This document shows positions 23,324 through 35,031 of a DNA stretch of 64,000 nucleotides, in pieces. Within the stretch, counting starts at the first letter, position 1, and each line of letters starts with the position of its first letter. The DNA comes from Toensbergia leucococca. Lineage: Eukaryota. Below the pieces are notes generated by a model that was not told the DNA's origin, ran no database searches, and saw nothing but the letters and a program-made list of their open reading frames with translations. Made by a program: the position numbers and the translations under genes. The stretch is taken from contig JALDZS010000053.1 of NCBI GenBank assembly GCA_022813965.1, positions 1-64,000 on the forward strand. The letters run 5' to 3'.

Positions 23324-24318
23324 GTGGGGAGAATGAGCTCGCCTAGGTGGAGAAACTCGGGGCGGAAAGCCTTACTTGTAGAAGCATAATGCGGCGGGGC
23401 TGGGGCTGGTAAAGAAGTTGGGATAGGTATTTCCGCTGTACAAACTCGAGCGAAGCGATGGATTAATGTTAATAATCACCATAAAATCCCCGGTTGAAAT
23501 TGACGGTCAATTTTGAATCACACCCTTCGCCGGAAAATAATCTTCTTAGCTGACTATGGACACGGGGCAAGAGAGATATTTATTCATGCTTGATGTGATA
23601 TGAGTGAGAGAACCCTACCCAACCTAAAGTCTTTCTTCTTCCAAAAAAGAATCCCGCCTTGAAAAAATCCCGGTCGTCCGTCATGGTCACACACCATCAC
23701 CATTACCTTCATCTCAATCTTCAGCCCATCCAAAACATTCAAGAGCACCCACATGTTACAACTCCTCAGAGCATCGTTTTACAATTCTTACGCTCGAGAT
23801 GATAGAGAAACATTGGAAATCACAACCGTGTCCAGGAAAGCATTCCTCAGCAGCAGTAGTCTCTCATGAACCCCCAATGACGTGGAAACCTCTGGTATGG
23901 CTTAGAACATCATGGGTGTGGATGAGATTTTGACGCCCGTATTAGCTCGCTCCACTTCAGTCTAGAAACGAGTGACAGACCCAGGCTGTCTGTCATTGCT
24001 GCTTCCCCTTCAATGGGATCGAGGCTGAGAGTCCAAGGTAGACAATATCCAGGATTCATCGGTGTCAAATCACGGACATCCACTGTTTAGCTACCACTTC
24101 CGAAAAATGATGTCGGTTTTGCCGTGAGTTTCCTCGGGCAGGACTCGTAGTGCTTGCCTTCATTTGCCGGATTCTAAGCTGTCATAGTCCTAGGCGATCC
24201 CTTTCCATGTTCTCCCAGACAATTCTTCTGGTCAGACAAGAGGACACTACTATCCATCTTGTCAGTGTTCTCCGAGAGGCATTGTGATTTAGCAGGCCCA
24301 TGGCAAAAGCTAGTCATA

Positions 24319-25919
24319 TCAATCCCACGGAAAATCGGCTTCCTCGACTCTCGTGCATGTCAGATATCCCAACGAGCCTCCCTCCCTTCCCATGTCTAAT
24401 TCCAGATTATTTTTCATAAGCGGCCTGACCACTTCTTTGGCCAGGATTTTGATTTGATCCATGCGTTTCTCGAACCTCTTTAGGGTTTCTCGATTGTAGT
24501 CATCGGGCCTGATTTTTATGAAGCGCTTTAGCTCGTCATGGGCGAGGTATGACGATCCACCCGTTCCTAACAGACGGTAAACGCTGCCGGTGTTCATGGG
24601 TGGCGGCTGAGGTTGTGGAGGAGCATTTGATCGCCTGGGATCAGAGGATGGAGGTTTTGGAGGTGGTGCAGGCGGAGGAGTAGTGTTCTCGGCGAGCCAC
24701 TGACGAAAAAGAGATAGAGCTGTCCAGTCCAAGTACGAGTTCGTCGGAGTCACCCGCTCGCCTCTTGCAGTAGTGAGAGTGAGACGAAAGAGGGTACCTT
24801 CAATTTTAGCTTTCACGTCCTGGAGCTCATCGACTTTGTCCTCAATGATTTCAAGGACGGAATCGGGAAGGCTGTTCCGAAGCTGGCTTGAACCGGAAGG
24901 CCATTGTCCAACAACATGAATCAGCGCTTCAGCAAATATGACTTTTGATCTTGCAAGATAGCCAAGTTTCAGGTAACTTGGTGGGTATTTCGCAATCTGC
25001 TTCCAAAGCCTGCCTTGGAATTGCAAGAGATGGTGATCTATTCGTGGACCGACAACTTCCAGAGCATCGTACATGTCGGCTAGAGCGAGCAAGCTCTTAC
25101 ATTGAAGATAGCTTTCAGCAATGTTGATAGCGTCGAGAGAAGGCGAGTAATTATAGAATATGCGGAAAAGATTATCGTAGTCTCGGACAATATCATTGTC
25201 TACACTGGCTTGCCCATTCAGGTGGGATATACGAGTTGCTGATTGTAAAGCCGACAGATTGGCCATTGAGCGAAAGAAGCTCGAGGATGTAGATGGTTTA
25301 TTCTTGATAGGTGGCGGTCTAGGCGTATAATCACCGCCGAATAGTGTTGCAGATGGAGGCTGGTTGCTGCTGTTAGCTTGGATTGAGATACGTGAACCCC
25401 CAATCTTATGCTCACCTTCTGTACCAGCATTGGCAACTCATCATCTTTGTTTCCCCAATCAAGTTCATACCTCCAGCGTGGGCTGTCACCAGTTGGCGAC
25501 CCCACGGACCTGCCAGTCTCATCGTCCTCGCCAATACTACCCAGCGCTCGTCCACTACCAAGAGACAGATCGGAAATTCGGGATCGCGCCTGTGCCTTGG
25601 ACCAATCCTCGCTAGTTCCTGCTTCGAAAAAGCCCGAGCATTGTGAGAGGATCAGTCTATGTAACATATATCTCTTCTCCTGGCCATCAGCATTGATAAG
25701 GATCTCAATATCTCCGGTTTGTGCGAAATTAGGGAATTCATTCTGCGGAGCGTATGATGAGCCTCCGTGATGGGAGCGACTACTGCGGTGACGACGAGTA
25801 GTGGTACTGCGGGAAGATACCGAAGGAGGACGTCGGACAGCAAACGAGCGATCTGTAGGTGGAGGAGGAGAGATCAGATGAGAGGGGAGATTGTAAGAGG
25901 AGAGGCTTGCCGCCGTCAT
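24319..25919 (-). CDS. Conserved fungal hypothetical protein with an N-terminal BTB/POZ-like segment
   Basis: Intron 25415-25360 joins the two ORFs. GDIEILI..YMLHRLILSQCSGFFEAGTS is BTB-like. The downstream ORF (LFRIFYNYSP..LGYLARSKVIFAEALIHVVGQWP..YLTCT..FPWD) has globular coding character. Confidence 0.8.
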
Positions 25920-27578
25920 TGGAGCAAGATGCGCATGGCCTGGTCAAAGGCTGCGGTAGGGCAAAGTTGATTGTGAAGCCGGAGCGACAGAAAAGCCTTG
26001 CCAGAGTGTCAAGCAACAGTCGAGTACAAAAGCTTTTTCAAGATGGCAGGTTTGAGTTGTCAAAGAGGGGCTTGCATTTAATTGTTGTTCGAGACTCGAA
26101 CGCGAGCCACTATCCACCATCCACCCTTCCACCATTTATGCAGGGTTTGGCCACCTAGCAAGTGGCGCGCTACCTATCGATAAGCGGCATGCAGCACTCA
26201 ACTTCTTTCCGCTCTCAACATGCAAGCCAGCTTCTATATGACTGGCAGACGATGATCCGTTGGGTGGTTCTGTCTACTTACCAATAGCAGCCGGCCATGG
26301 CAACAAGGCGTGCCTGATGGGCCTCTCCTTGGGCTTCAGCTGAAGGCGAACTGAGCATCATTGGCCTCGAGCATTTCACTGTTCCGTACCTACATCTTTA
26401 CGCCCCTTCTTTATTCCCACCTGCTTGTTCGTCGCAAATATTTTCCTTCATGCATCTACATCGAAATTCAGTTTGTGGGATTACGTTGGCACAATACACA
26501 AGCAATCTACCTCTGAGATTTATGTCATGCCAAATTCATATTGAATCTAATAGTTGTCTGCAGATGTGTAGCAGCATGAGCCCAAGGTCTGCTAGGATGA
26601 ATGCCGATATCACCATGTGAGCTGTCAAAACGGGAATGAAAAACAAATTTAGAAGGTCTAATAAGACGCTGACTATATTTGTCTTTCCAAATTTTTCTCT
26701 AGCGATCTCGCATTATATTCAAATGGCTGCTCCTGAGGATGTGCTTATTTAAGAGGTCAAAGAGCTAGATTGATGTACCTCGAGAGTGTGCTACAATTGA
26801 CTTTCGGCAGAGATCTGTATACCTTCTCGAAAGCGCCTCGCCCCCTTATGTCACGTGAGCACAATTTCAGACTCTGATTCTTAACAGTTCACAAAGATAA
26901 TCTTCCACATGCAGTGCCTACACAGCTGCCAACAATCACAGAGACTCTGAAATATTTTAAAACATCGGGAGAATGTAGGCAACGATCCAAGCACATTGAG
27001 CTTCATTCCTCTTTTGTCTTACTCAACCTAATGAAATATCATGATAGTCGAGGAGCATAAGATATCCGAGAGTGTATCAAAGGCGTGGCAAAGCTAGGAG
27101 CTAAGATTCGGTAGGCTCAAAGTGCAGTTTGATTTCATGGTTTTCTCCCGTCATCATCAGGAGTGGATGGATACTCGGTTGATTATTCAGTATGAAATGG
27201 TGTTATCTACCAATGTCCCTGTCTCGAGATCGAACGCATTGCTATTACTTGAGATTCAACCATGTACCTGCAACCTCGGCTTGTTTCTCTTTCCAGAAGT
27301 CTTTCCTCAGCTTTTCAGCATTTCTCCGATCCTCTCAAGCAGAAAAGAAATGTAGGGTAGGTGCTACGAAAACACTCTCTGAATCAGTCACCGGTAGTGG
27401 CCACTTGCCAGTACCTAACCTTCTAACGCAAGCGGCAGAGCGAGATACCCGGAGCTTCGGGAGACGACGAAGCGATCTCGCGACGAAACAGGGATTAAGC
27501 TCGACGCGAGTTTAAGCGCGTTGTCAACGGAAAACTCTCAAACCCTCCTCGTCTCCAATATTCATTCCCTCAATCACA

Positions 27579-28320
27579 ATGGCCGCGCCACCTTCCAAGC
27601 GCCAGCGCTCATCCACCAGCGGAGCATCCACCTCCGCCCCACCCCTTGCCGCCACAACCTTCATTCCCCTCATAATCTCCCTCCCCTCCAAAACCACCCA
27701 AATTTTTCTACTCCATGCAGCCCTCAAGTACCCCGACATCGCCAACCTAATCACCAGCGAACACACCCGCCTCACCGCCGCCAAAAGCCCTAAATCAATC
27801 GATTTTGACCACCTCTCCAAATCCGCCTGGAAAGCCCTCAACGTAACCTACAGCTCCATGAAATCCTCGCGCCAATTCCACATGGCCGGCGAAGCCTCCG
27901 AAGACGTCCAGTCATGCATCAAAACGATTGCTAAAAAGTTGCTCCAAGCACGCTAGCTTTGGCACCAAGAAAAGCGCGCTGGAGACTTTGCGGAAGATTG
28001 GGAAAAGTATTGCGATGAGTGGAGGCAGTACGCTGGGGCATGAGGTACAGATAGATTTTCAGCGGGACACTTTTTTGGGGGATACAATGATGAAAATTGC
28101 AAGGGGGATGAAGAGGTCGGAGCGGGAGAGGATGGCGACGGAGGGGGGCTGGGTTAGAAAGTTAGAGGAGTTAGTTGACTTGGCCGGTGACTATTGTGTT
28201 TTCAGGGGGCTGAGTAGGGTGGTGGAGTTTTTTGATGGGAAGGGTGGAGAGGATGATGAGGAGGATGATGCGGAGGATAATGATGAGGAAGACAGCGACA
28301 AAGAGGAGAGCGATGAGTAA
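27579..28320 (+). pseudogene. Hypothetical protein gene (~246 aa if repaired) interrupted by a +1 frameshift in an A5 run
   Basis: ORFs 27579-27956 and 27928-28320 overlap. Deleting one A at 27933-27937 gives the continuous reading CIKTIAKSCSKHASFGTKKSALETLRKIGKSI. It has an N-terminal PPSKRQR NLS-like motif and an acidic tail. Confidence 0.7.
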
Positions 28321-28602
28321 ACAAAAGAAGAACTCCGGATATTAGGCTGAGCATAGAGAAAAAGCAGCACTAGTAGCTGCGCAGTAGAGGCCATAGCAGG
28401 AACAAGATCCTAGACAGCGCGACTCCGAACACAAGCACAGAACTCCATCACCCCAACTACCCAAAAGCAAGTAATCTACAGATGTTATTCGTTAACCAAC
28501 GCGCCTCATCTCAACTTCTCCTTTCATCACCTCTATTCTCGATATCATCTCATCCTTGACTCACCTCTCAAACCGCTCAATAGTACATTCAGAACCTGAT
28601 CG

Positions 28603-29725
28603 TTTCTTCACACATGGATGATACTCTCTCTCTTCCCCCCCCCCTCTCACTCTCTCACACACAAACCTTCCCTCCCCCCAACCCTCAAAAAAAAACAGAC
28701 AAAACCTATCAATCCCACCCAAAAAAAGAGCTGAAAAATCTCAGAGACTCAAAAACTCAAGTAATTGAAGAGTCTCACTTCACAAACTCATATCAATGCA
28801 CAACCTCAACATTTTCAATATTTTCAATAATCTCAATATTTTCAATCCCTACAAAAAAAAAGGGGGGGGAGGGGGGGGAGCTAGATATTATTGATTTTTT
28901 TATTGTTATTGTTATTGTTTATTTTATTTCTGTTTTCATTTTCAAAGAAAAGAAGAAAAAAGTGATTCTTTAACTGATACCCCCTCAGTTTCTCTAAATA
29001 TGTTACATACAGTGTTGTTTAGGTGTTGTGTGATTGTCTTGTATTTGTGTTTGAGTTGATATGCACAAGGTTTCACTCTTCACTCTTCTGCCCTTCTCAC
29101 CCTTATTTTCATCTCTTACACCCTTTCTTACTCTCTTTCTTCTTTCATCAATCTTCACCCTCAATTAACCTCTCATCTCTCTGTCTGACAAATTTTAATC
29201 TCAATGCCCCCCCCTCTCTGAATGCAGGCATCACATCACTTAAAAACAAACTTCTTAAAAAAACACACCTCATTAAAAAACACACCCCTCAAAAGATTTA
29301 ACTTTCTCGCACTCATCACCCTCAGCATCTCACAGGCGCTGATCTTCAAGTCTGACTCACACTCACACTTCTTAAAATCACATAGCATTTAATCTCAAAT
29401 TATTTGTTTCTCACATAAATTATAAAGAAAAGTAAGAAAAAGTGAGATATGAGTTTCAGAGTGTAAGGTGAAGCAATTAAAGAAATGAAGTTAAGGGTAG
29501 AATACTGTGATTGAGGGGTGAGAAGTAGAGGGGGCAGTTGATTGATCAACACTTTGTTTGAGGTTTTGATTTGTGTTTTGATTTGAGGGAGGGAGAGAAG
29601 GTATGTGTCAGAGAAGAGATGAAGGAATTGAGTTAGTATTTTGAGGACTCAGTCATTATGACTTTTGAAAGGTTTTGTGTATGAGTGAAGGGGTGAGGAA
29701 TGGGGGAGGAGAGTGTTGGTGAGTT
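28603..29725 (-). pseudogene. Hypermutated, CpG-depleted relic (decayed gene or repeat)
   Basis: I count only two CpG in ~1.1 kb by eye. The minus frame from ATG 29656 reads MTESSKY*LNSFISSLTHTFSPSLKSK..KC*SINCPLYF..EV*V*VRLEDQRL*DAEGDECEKVKSFEG, with stops explicable by transitions. Confidence 0.55.
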
Positions 29726-30691
29726 GGGACGGAGTGTTGCGGTTAACAAATGTCCTTCTCAAACAGGCTTTTGTTTGGTTGCTGCATTTGATGAGGTAAG
29801 ATGATTTCATCAATGAAGGAAATCAGGATTTCAAAAACTCTGAGCTTGATCTAAGGTTTTTTATAGGCATAGAAAACATAGATGAAAAGACGTGAATGAA
29901 TTGAGAAAAGCAATCCATTATTCTCTTTTTATAATTCATGCCTTCCTCAATCACAGCTGCGTATCTCATCTTCTATCCTTTTCTTTCAGACCCGCTGTTG
30001 TAGTGAACAGAGCATTTCACTTACTGCAGAGTACGGTGAGTTTCAATCAAAGAGCCCTTTAAGAAGATGAGTAGACGAGTTCATAGACTTGAATTCATCT
30101 CGAATTGTCCCCATAACCTTGAGCTTGTCTTGACTTCCTTGGTCACTGCTTCACTCCGAAGGATGGATAGTGGAGGATATCGCGATGCATCAGGAACCAG
30201 CCCTACCTCCTGTACGCCATGTAGCCGGCATGTTCTAGCATCAAACACCGCGTGATGGTGCATGCTCTCATCCGACAGATTGGTGTTTTCGTGTAGGGAA
30301 AATACTTCGTCCTGTAAAGCATGCCGTTTCATCCAACTAGACTTTCCTCTTGCCACCCTCCGCTGCATGTTGCCCTCCCCTCAATTTTGGGCTGCTGTAG
30401 CAAGTCTTGGATACTCACTCCCCACCGATATGAATACGCCTTTGTGTCCTGCTCTGCTTGATGATGTGCTCAATGCTTTTCTTTGTGTAACCTCTCTGCA
30501 TCGAGGAAGCACACGAGCCTCATCGTACTCGACGTCCATGAGTGGATGTGGTGAGAATACTCATACTCTGATGAGACATCCTTAGAAGGTGAGCAAGTAT
30601 TTTGTGAGAAGTACTCGCCGACGTACGTTCCGAAACGCCGTTGCCCGGTATGTGGTGGTCCACGAGTGCCAGTCCGCCTATAGTGAAGCCA

Positions 30692-33260
30692 TCAGTCCAT
30701 GCATATCATTTCGATTCTTCCATAAATGCAGTCCGAGCGGATTGGTATATTCGTAGGGTACCCATGCGCATCTTCTTCAGGTTCCGGTCCTGACTCCGAT
30801 TCCGAATCGAACGCGAGCTCGTCGAGATCATCAAAGGGAACATTCCCAGTAATATCAGGCTCGCGAGCTAGATTGCTCGAGCTACTTTTACCTTCCGCGA
30901 CACTCTCGACAGCTGCATTTTCCTTCCGACCAACTCCTGAAACGGCCTGACCCAGACTATCAAGATCAATCCTGTGCTTTATCCTTTCGAGTAAATGTCG
31001 CCAGTAAGGCTGTATATGAAGATGATAGTTCTCTTTTCTGCAATCGCTGCAAATCCGATAACCGTATTGAGGACGCAGCAGATCATGATGATCATAAATA
31101 GTATTATAAGCAAATAAATCATAGAAAGTTTCCTTCTCCCAGCCAGCATGGACCAAGTGGTTTCTTTCTAGCTCTCGATCTATGAATTTCTTGAGGTCCA
31201 AATCAATTTTCACTAACTGATGCCGCCACTTCGAAAATGCCCGCTCCGAGTACATTGCAAGAGATGTTGGCGACTCTTCCTGCGGCGTGTAGAGTCTATC
31301 GAAGCCCAATTGATGCAGATCTGGGCCATACGCAAGTACAGATATTATTCCTTCATAAGCATGTACCACTCTTATATGAAGTAAAGTATATCCGTCTGTA
31401 TTCCAAAGGGCTGTATCGATGATCCCGTCGCCACCCAAATCTAGCAGCAACCCAGTTGCCCCATCTTGCTTAATATCATCGTTGAGAATCCAACTCAACA
31501 TGTTTGCGATAACTTTTGCAATGAAATATGTCTTCAGTTCAAAGTTTAACAGCCTCAGCATCCAAATAAAAAGAGCCGTTTCGGTCTGAGGATCATCTCC
31601 AGGCGTGATAGTGATATTTCTACAAAGAGTGAGTAAAATTGCCCAGCCATCTCCATTTTCGTCCAGGAAGTCCATTGAATCGGTCAGAAGGCGAAGAGTG
31701 TCAAAGACTTCTGATAACATGGCGTAAGGAGTATGGATATAGCCTGAGCGTCTTACTGTAACTGACATTGGGGTTCTGATTGTTATGTTAGGAATAAGCG
31801 CTCTCTGGAAGGCTCGTAGTAAGAACAGTCTTAACTACCTTCCTTCGTGCGTGGGTATGCTTATGTCTGCTCCAGCACCCATGAGTATTTTGCAAAGCTC
31901 TGGATGGAAGTGCTCTGCAGCAAACTTGATGCAAGCGTTAGGCGCATCCACATTTTAAGACTGCTTGGATATGTCGCAGTGTTGGTCTCGCGCAGCAGAC
32001 TTACATGAAGAGGTGTTTTCCCCCTAGAATCAGTGTCTCCGACTGAAGCATGGCCTTTTGACAACAAACTCTGGACGGCAGGTACATTCCCCTCTCTACA
32101 GAATTCAAAGATTAACGAGTCGTCGGGTACAGGACAAAAAGTCTTCAGCGTGTTTTTCCATCCTTGAGTAGAAGAGGAAAGAAACCCGAGACGGAAGCCA
32201 TAACGAAGACCGAGACGAATCAACCATGTAGCTGGATAGATGGTATAAAACGTCTCATGTTCATATTGGTCTTGTTCGCAACCGGGTTTCAGACCACGCG
32301 GCTTTCTCAATGTCTGTAGTGCTGTACATGATTCTGCCCGGATTGTGCCCAGGAAGTATTCCATGGCGGATTTCTCCCTTCTCAAAGTGCGTTTGAGCCA
32401 TGCGTGTTTTCGCCAAGATCCGCCTAAGTTGGAATGGTCGCTTTGAACACGTTGCAAAGTTCCTGTACAAGACTTCGATGTGTCCCATTCTTCTGCAGGA
32501 AAGGCGGCATAAGTAGAATGAACATTCGAGACAGTGCTTGAAACCCTTCCGGCTATCTCTGGACGCTGCTGCATACTCAAGCTTGAAACGCTTTGGGTGA
32601 TAGTGACTAGATTCCGTTCTAGGGACATGTGAAGATTTCGACTCAAACGACTGAGAGAATGGTTTGTGAAGTTAGCAACAGATTTAGGTTTAAGAGGATG
32701 GATACGATGTGAATAATTTAGATGACTCTACTTGTATATATTGTCAGAGCTCCTGTAGGTTCTCAGGGCGGAGGCCATGACGCGAATCATGTGCTATCTT
32801 ATAAGCATGAGAGTTCTATCAAGTCTCACCTATTTTGGCTTTGTTGCACGAGCAATAACGTGCCTTTCAACCTCTCCAAGGCTTCCTGAAACTTCGTCAA
32901 CTGCCTACATTTCCAGACAGTTTTAAAAGCGGTCCATTTGCGAACACGCGAGCTCGTCGAAGCAAACCCCGGTTCTACCTCGTTGAGGAGTGTAATGAGT
33001 ATTCCGATCTTGACCCAGCAACCACTCAAAGCGGCCACGAAGGTCGCGTCGGGCTCAACGTGTTGTGCCTCGTAAGCTATCTGGGTGAGTACGCTCGACA
33101 GCAGCTCCAAGTCGATGGAAACTGCTTGAACATCTTCCGGCGCTTCTTCGATGGATTTCCAGAAATCGCAGAGCTTTTTGACGCTTTCAGCCGACTGAAC
33201 AGCGATAGACACTACAGCTATACCACTCGCAGCGGCAGAGAGACCATCCATGTCGGTCAC
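30692..33260 (-). CDS. HeLo-like fungal N-terminal-domain protein with ankyrin repeats and a C-terminal CxxC-containing region (748 aa to the first stop)
   Basis: Exons 33260-32830, 32650-32005, 31924-31839 and 31775-30692 are frame-consistent. The N-terminus MDGLSAAASGIAVVSIAVQSAESVKKLCDFW..I.EAPEDV is typical of HeLo-like/STAND N-terminal domains. The ankyrin segment is IFEFCREGNVPAVQSLL..DTDSRGKTPLHFAAEHFHPELCKILMGAGAD. Confidence 0.82.
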
Positions 33261-33771
33261 ACCAGGACACGGTCGTGGCCCAGATCTCTGTAAGTTGACG
33301 GGATTCTACAAGTCAAGAGAAACCGTGATGGACTTCATGTAGAAGAAGAAGAAAAATTGGATTTAGGTGATTGTCTCCACTGCAGATCAGCATTTGGAGC
33401 TGAAAGTGAGTTCCTTCAGCCTGGTTGTGCAAGGCGGGAGCTTGCGCCACCTGATACTCGTATTGGTATGTCTGTAGGCAATCATTGGCTCCTCGGCTCA
33501 AATTTTATTGCCTTCTCCATGATTACCATTCTCTAGCAGCCATCCCAAAGATGCTTTCATCCGAAGTGCCAAGAACCATGAGATGCATCAGCAAACCAGG
33601 CCATGCTCAATATTGTAACGAATCGGTTTGATCGAATCGTGTATGAGCACAAAGAATCTTAAAGTGGAGAATGTAGACACCAAAAGACACACTTTAACAA
33701 AGCGCTTATTATAGTCAAAATTCAAGCGCCAAAGAACCGAGGTTCCCTAACTTCACCACAGCTTCCCCCCA

Positions 33772-34400
33772 ATGCCCCCCAAACCTTACCCCCTGAATCT
33801 TTCAGAAAACTAGAAGATAAATCTTCAAAAACGAAACTTCATACATCTCAACCCTTCAAAGTAACCCTTCTCTCAAGGGAAAACTCACACTCACATTGTC
33901 CCACCAAAAAGTTGAGAAATTCAATTACATATTCGTAGATCGCAAGACAATCATAGAATGCAGTACTTCAAACCCCTCCTGGCATATCACTTGCATACCG
34001 TGCAATAAATCGACTATGAAGAATGCAAAGCTCGCGCCGCCACCATAGAATTTACAAAGTCCTTCAGAGACAACCAAGAAGAAGCCTAGCAGGGCTACGA
34101 AGCGCCTCAAACATGCAGACAGCAAGTGAGGGGCCTGGAAAGGTGAAACATAATCGTAAGATAGCTTTTCAATCTTGACTCGGAAATTGAGTGTCAATGG
34201 ACTGATGATATAGCCCTCAAAAGACTCCTAAGACAAAGAAGCTCAAATTGAGGAGTAGCGAAGACAAGTGATCAGACCTCAGATACTGCAGAATCCAGTA
34301 AAACGCAGCAAAAATGCAAAGACGAAATAGCAGCGATAGGGAAGTATGATGCTCCAGTGAAAAAGGCCCCTGAAACACTTCGCTATCAACAACACTAAGA
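33772..34400 (+). pseudogene. Possible decayed coding remnant of unknown family
   Basis: ATG 33772 gives MPPKPYPLNLSEN*. A shifted frame reads YISTLQSNPSLKGKLTLTLSHQKVEKFNYIFVDRKTIIECSTSNPSWHITCIPCNK and is then punctuated mostly by TAG/TAA. Confidence 0.3.
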
Positions 34401-35031
34401 AAATTCTTTGAAGAAATTGCGTCTGAATCTATTTTCAAGTATCACGGAAATAGCACGCGTGGCCTTCTACTTGTTGATGTTATCTAGTAATCGCGAATAC
34501 CATGGAAAGATGAGGGGAAAATGAGGAGTCTGCCGATCACCTCGGAAATGATCCCCTCATATGTTTCCATCTGGCTTGTGTTTTCATTGGGAATTAGGTA
34601 TATAGATGAGGTGGTATCCCATCAAAAGTCTTTATCGAATAGAGAGTCTTTCGACCATTAGTTAATCCAAAATTCATCTATCCAAATGATCACCTTTTCC
34701 TCAATGTTCTATTCATATAAATATCGATCCTAAACCTCAATACTACTCACAGTAGAACAGTCGGGAACGAGGTTCTGCTCTACTAGATTAAATGCTATTT
34801 AGATTGCATTTCGAGGAGGGAGCAATGATGTTGACATGTTCGATGCCTGCAAACCCGCCCAACAACTTTTGTAATGCTCCAGCCAGCCTTTCCTGGCAAG
34901 TCAGCAGAAAGGCCAATCGTCAGAACATTTGAGAGAATGTTCAAGAGACAACCATAATTCAACCACTTGATTATTCTCACATAAATTCTCTGCTCAGCGT
35001 TGCATATATAACTCCGATGGATCATCAGTCG

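Noticed and set aside
33612..33625. TGTAAC as a possible LTR start (also near 39669)
   Set aside because: No shared downstream sequence, terminal inverted repeat, target-site duplication or gag/pol remnant was seen.
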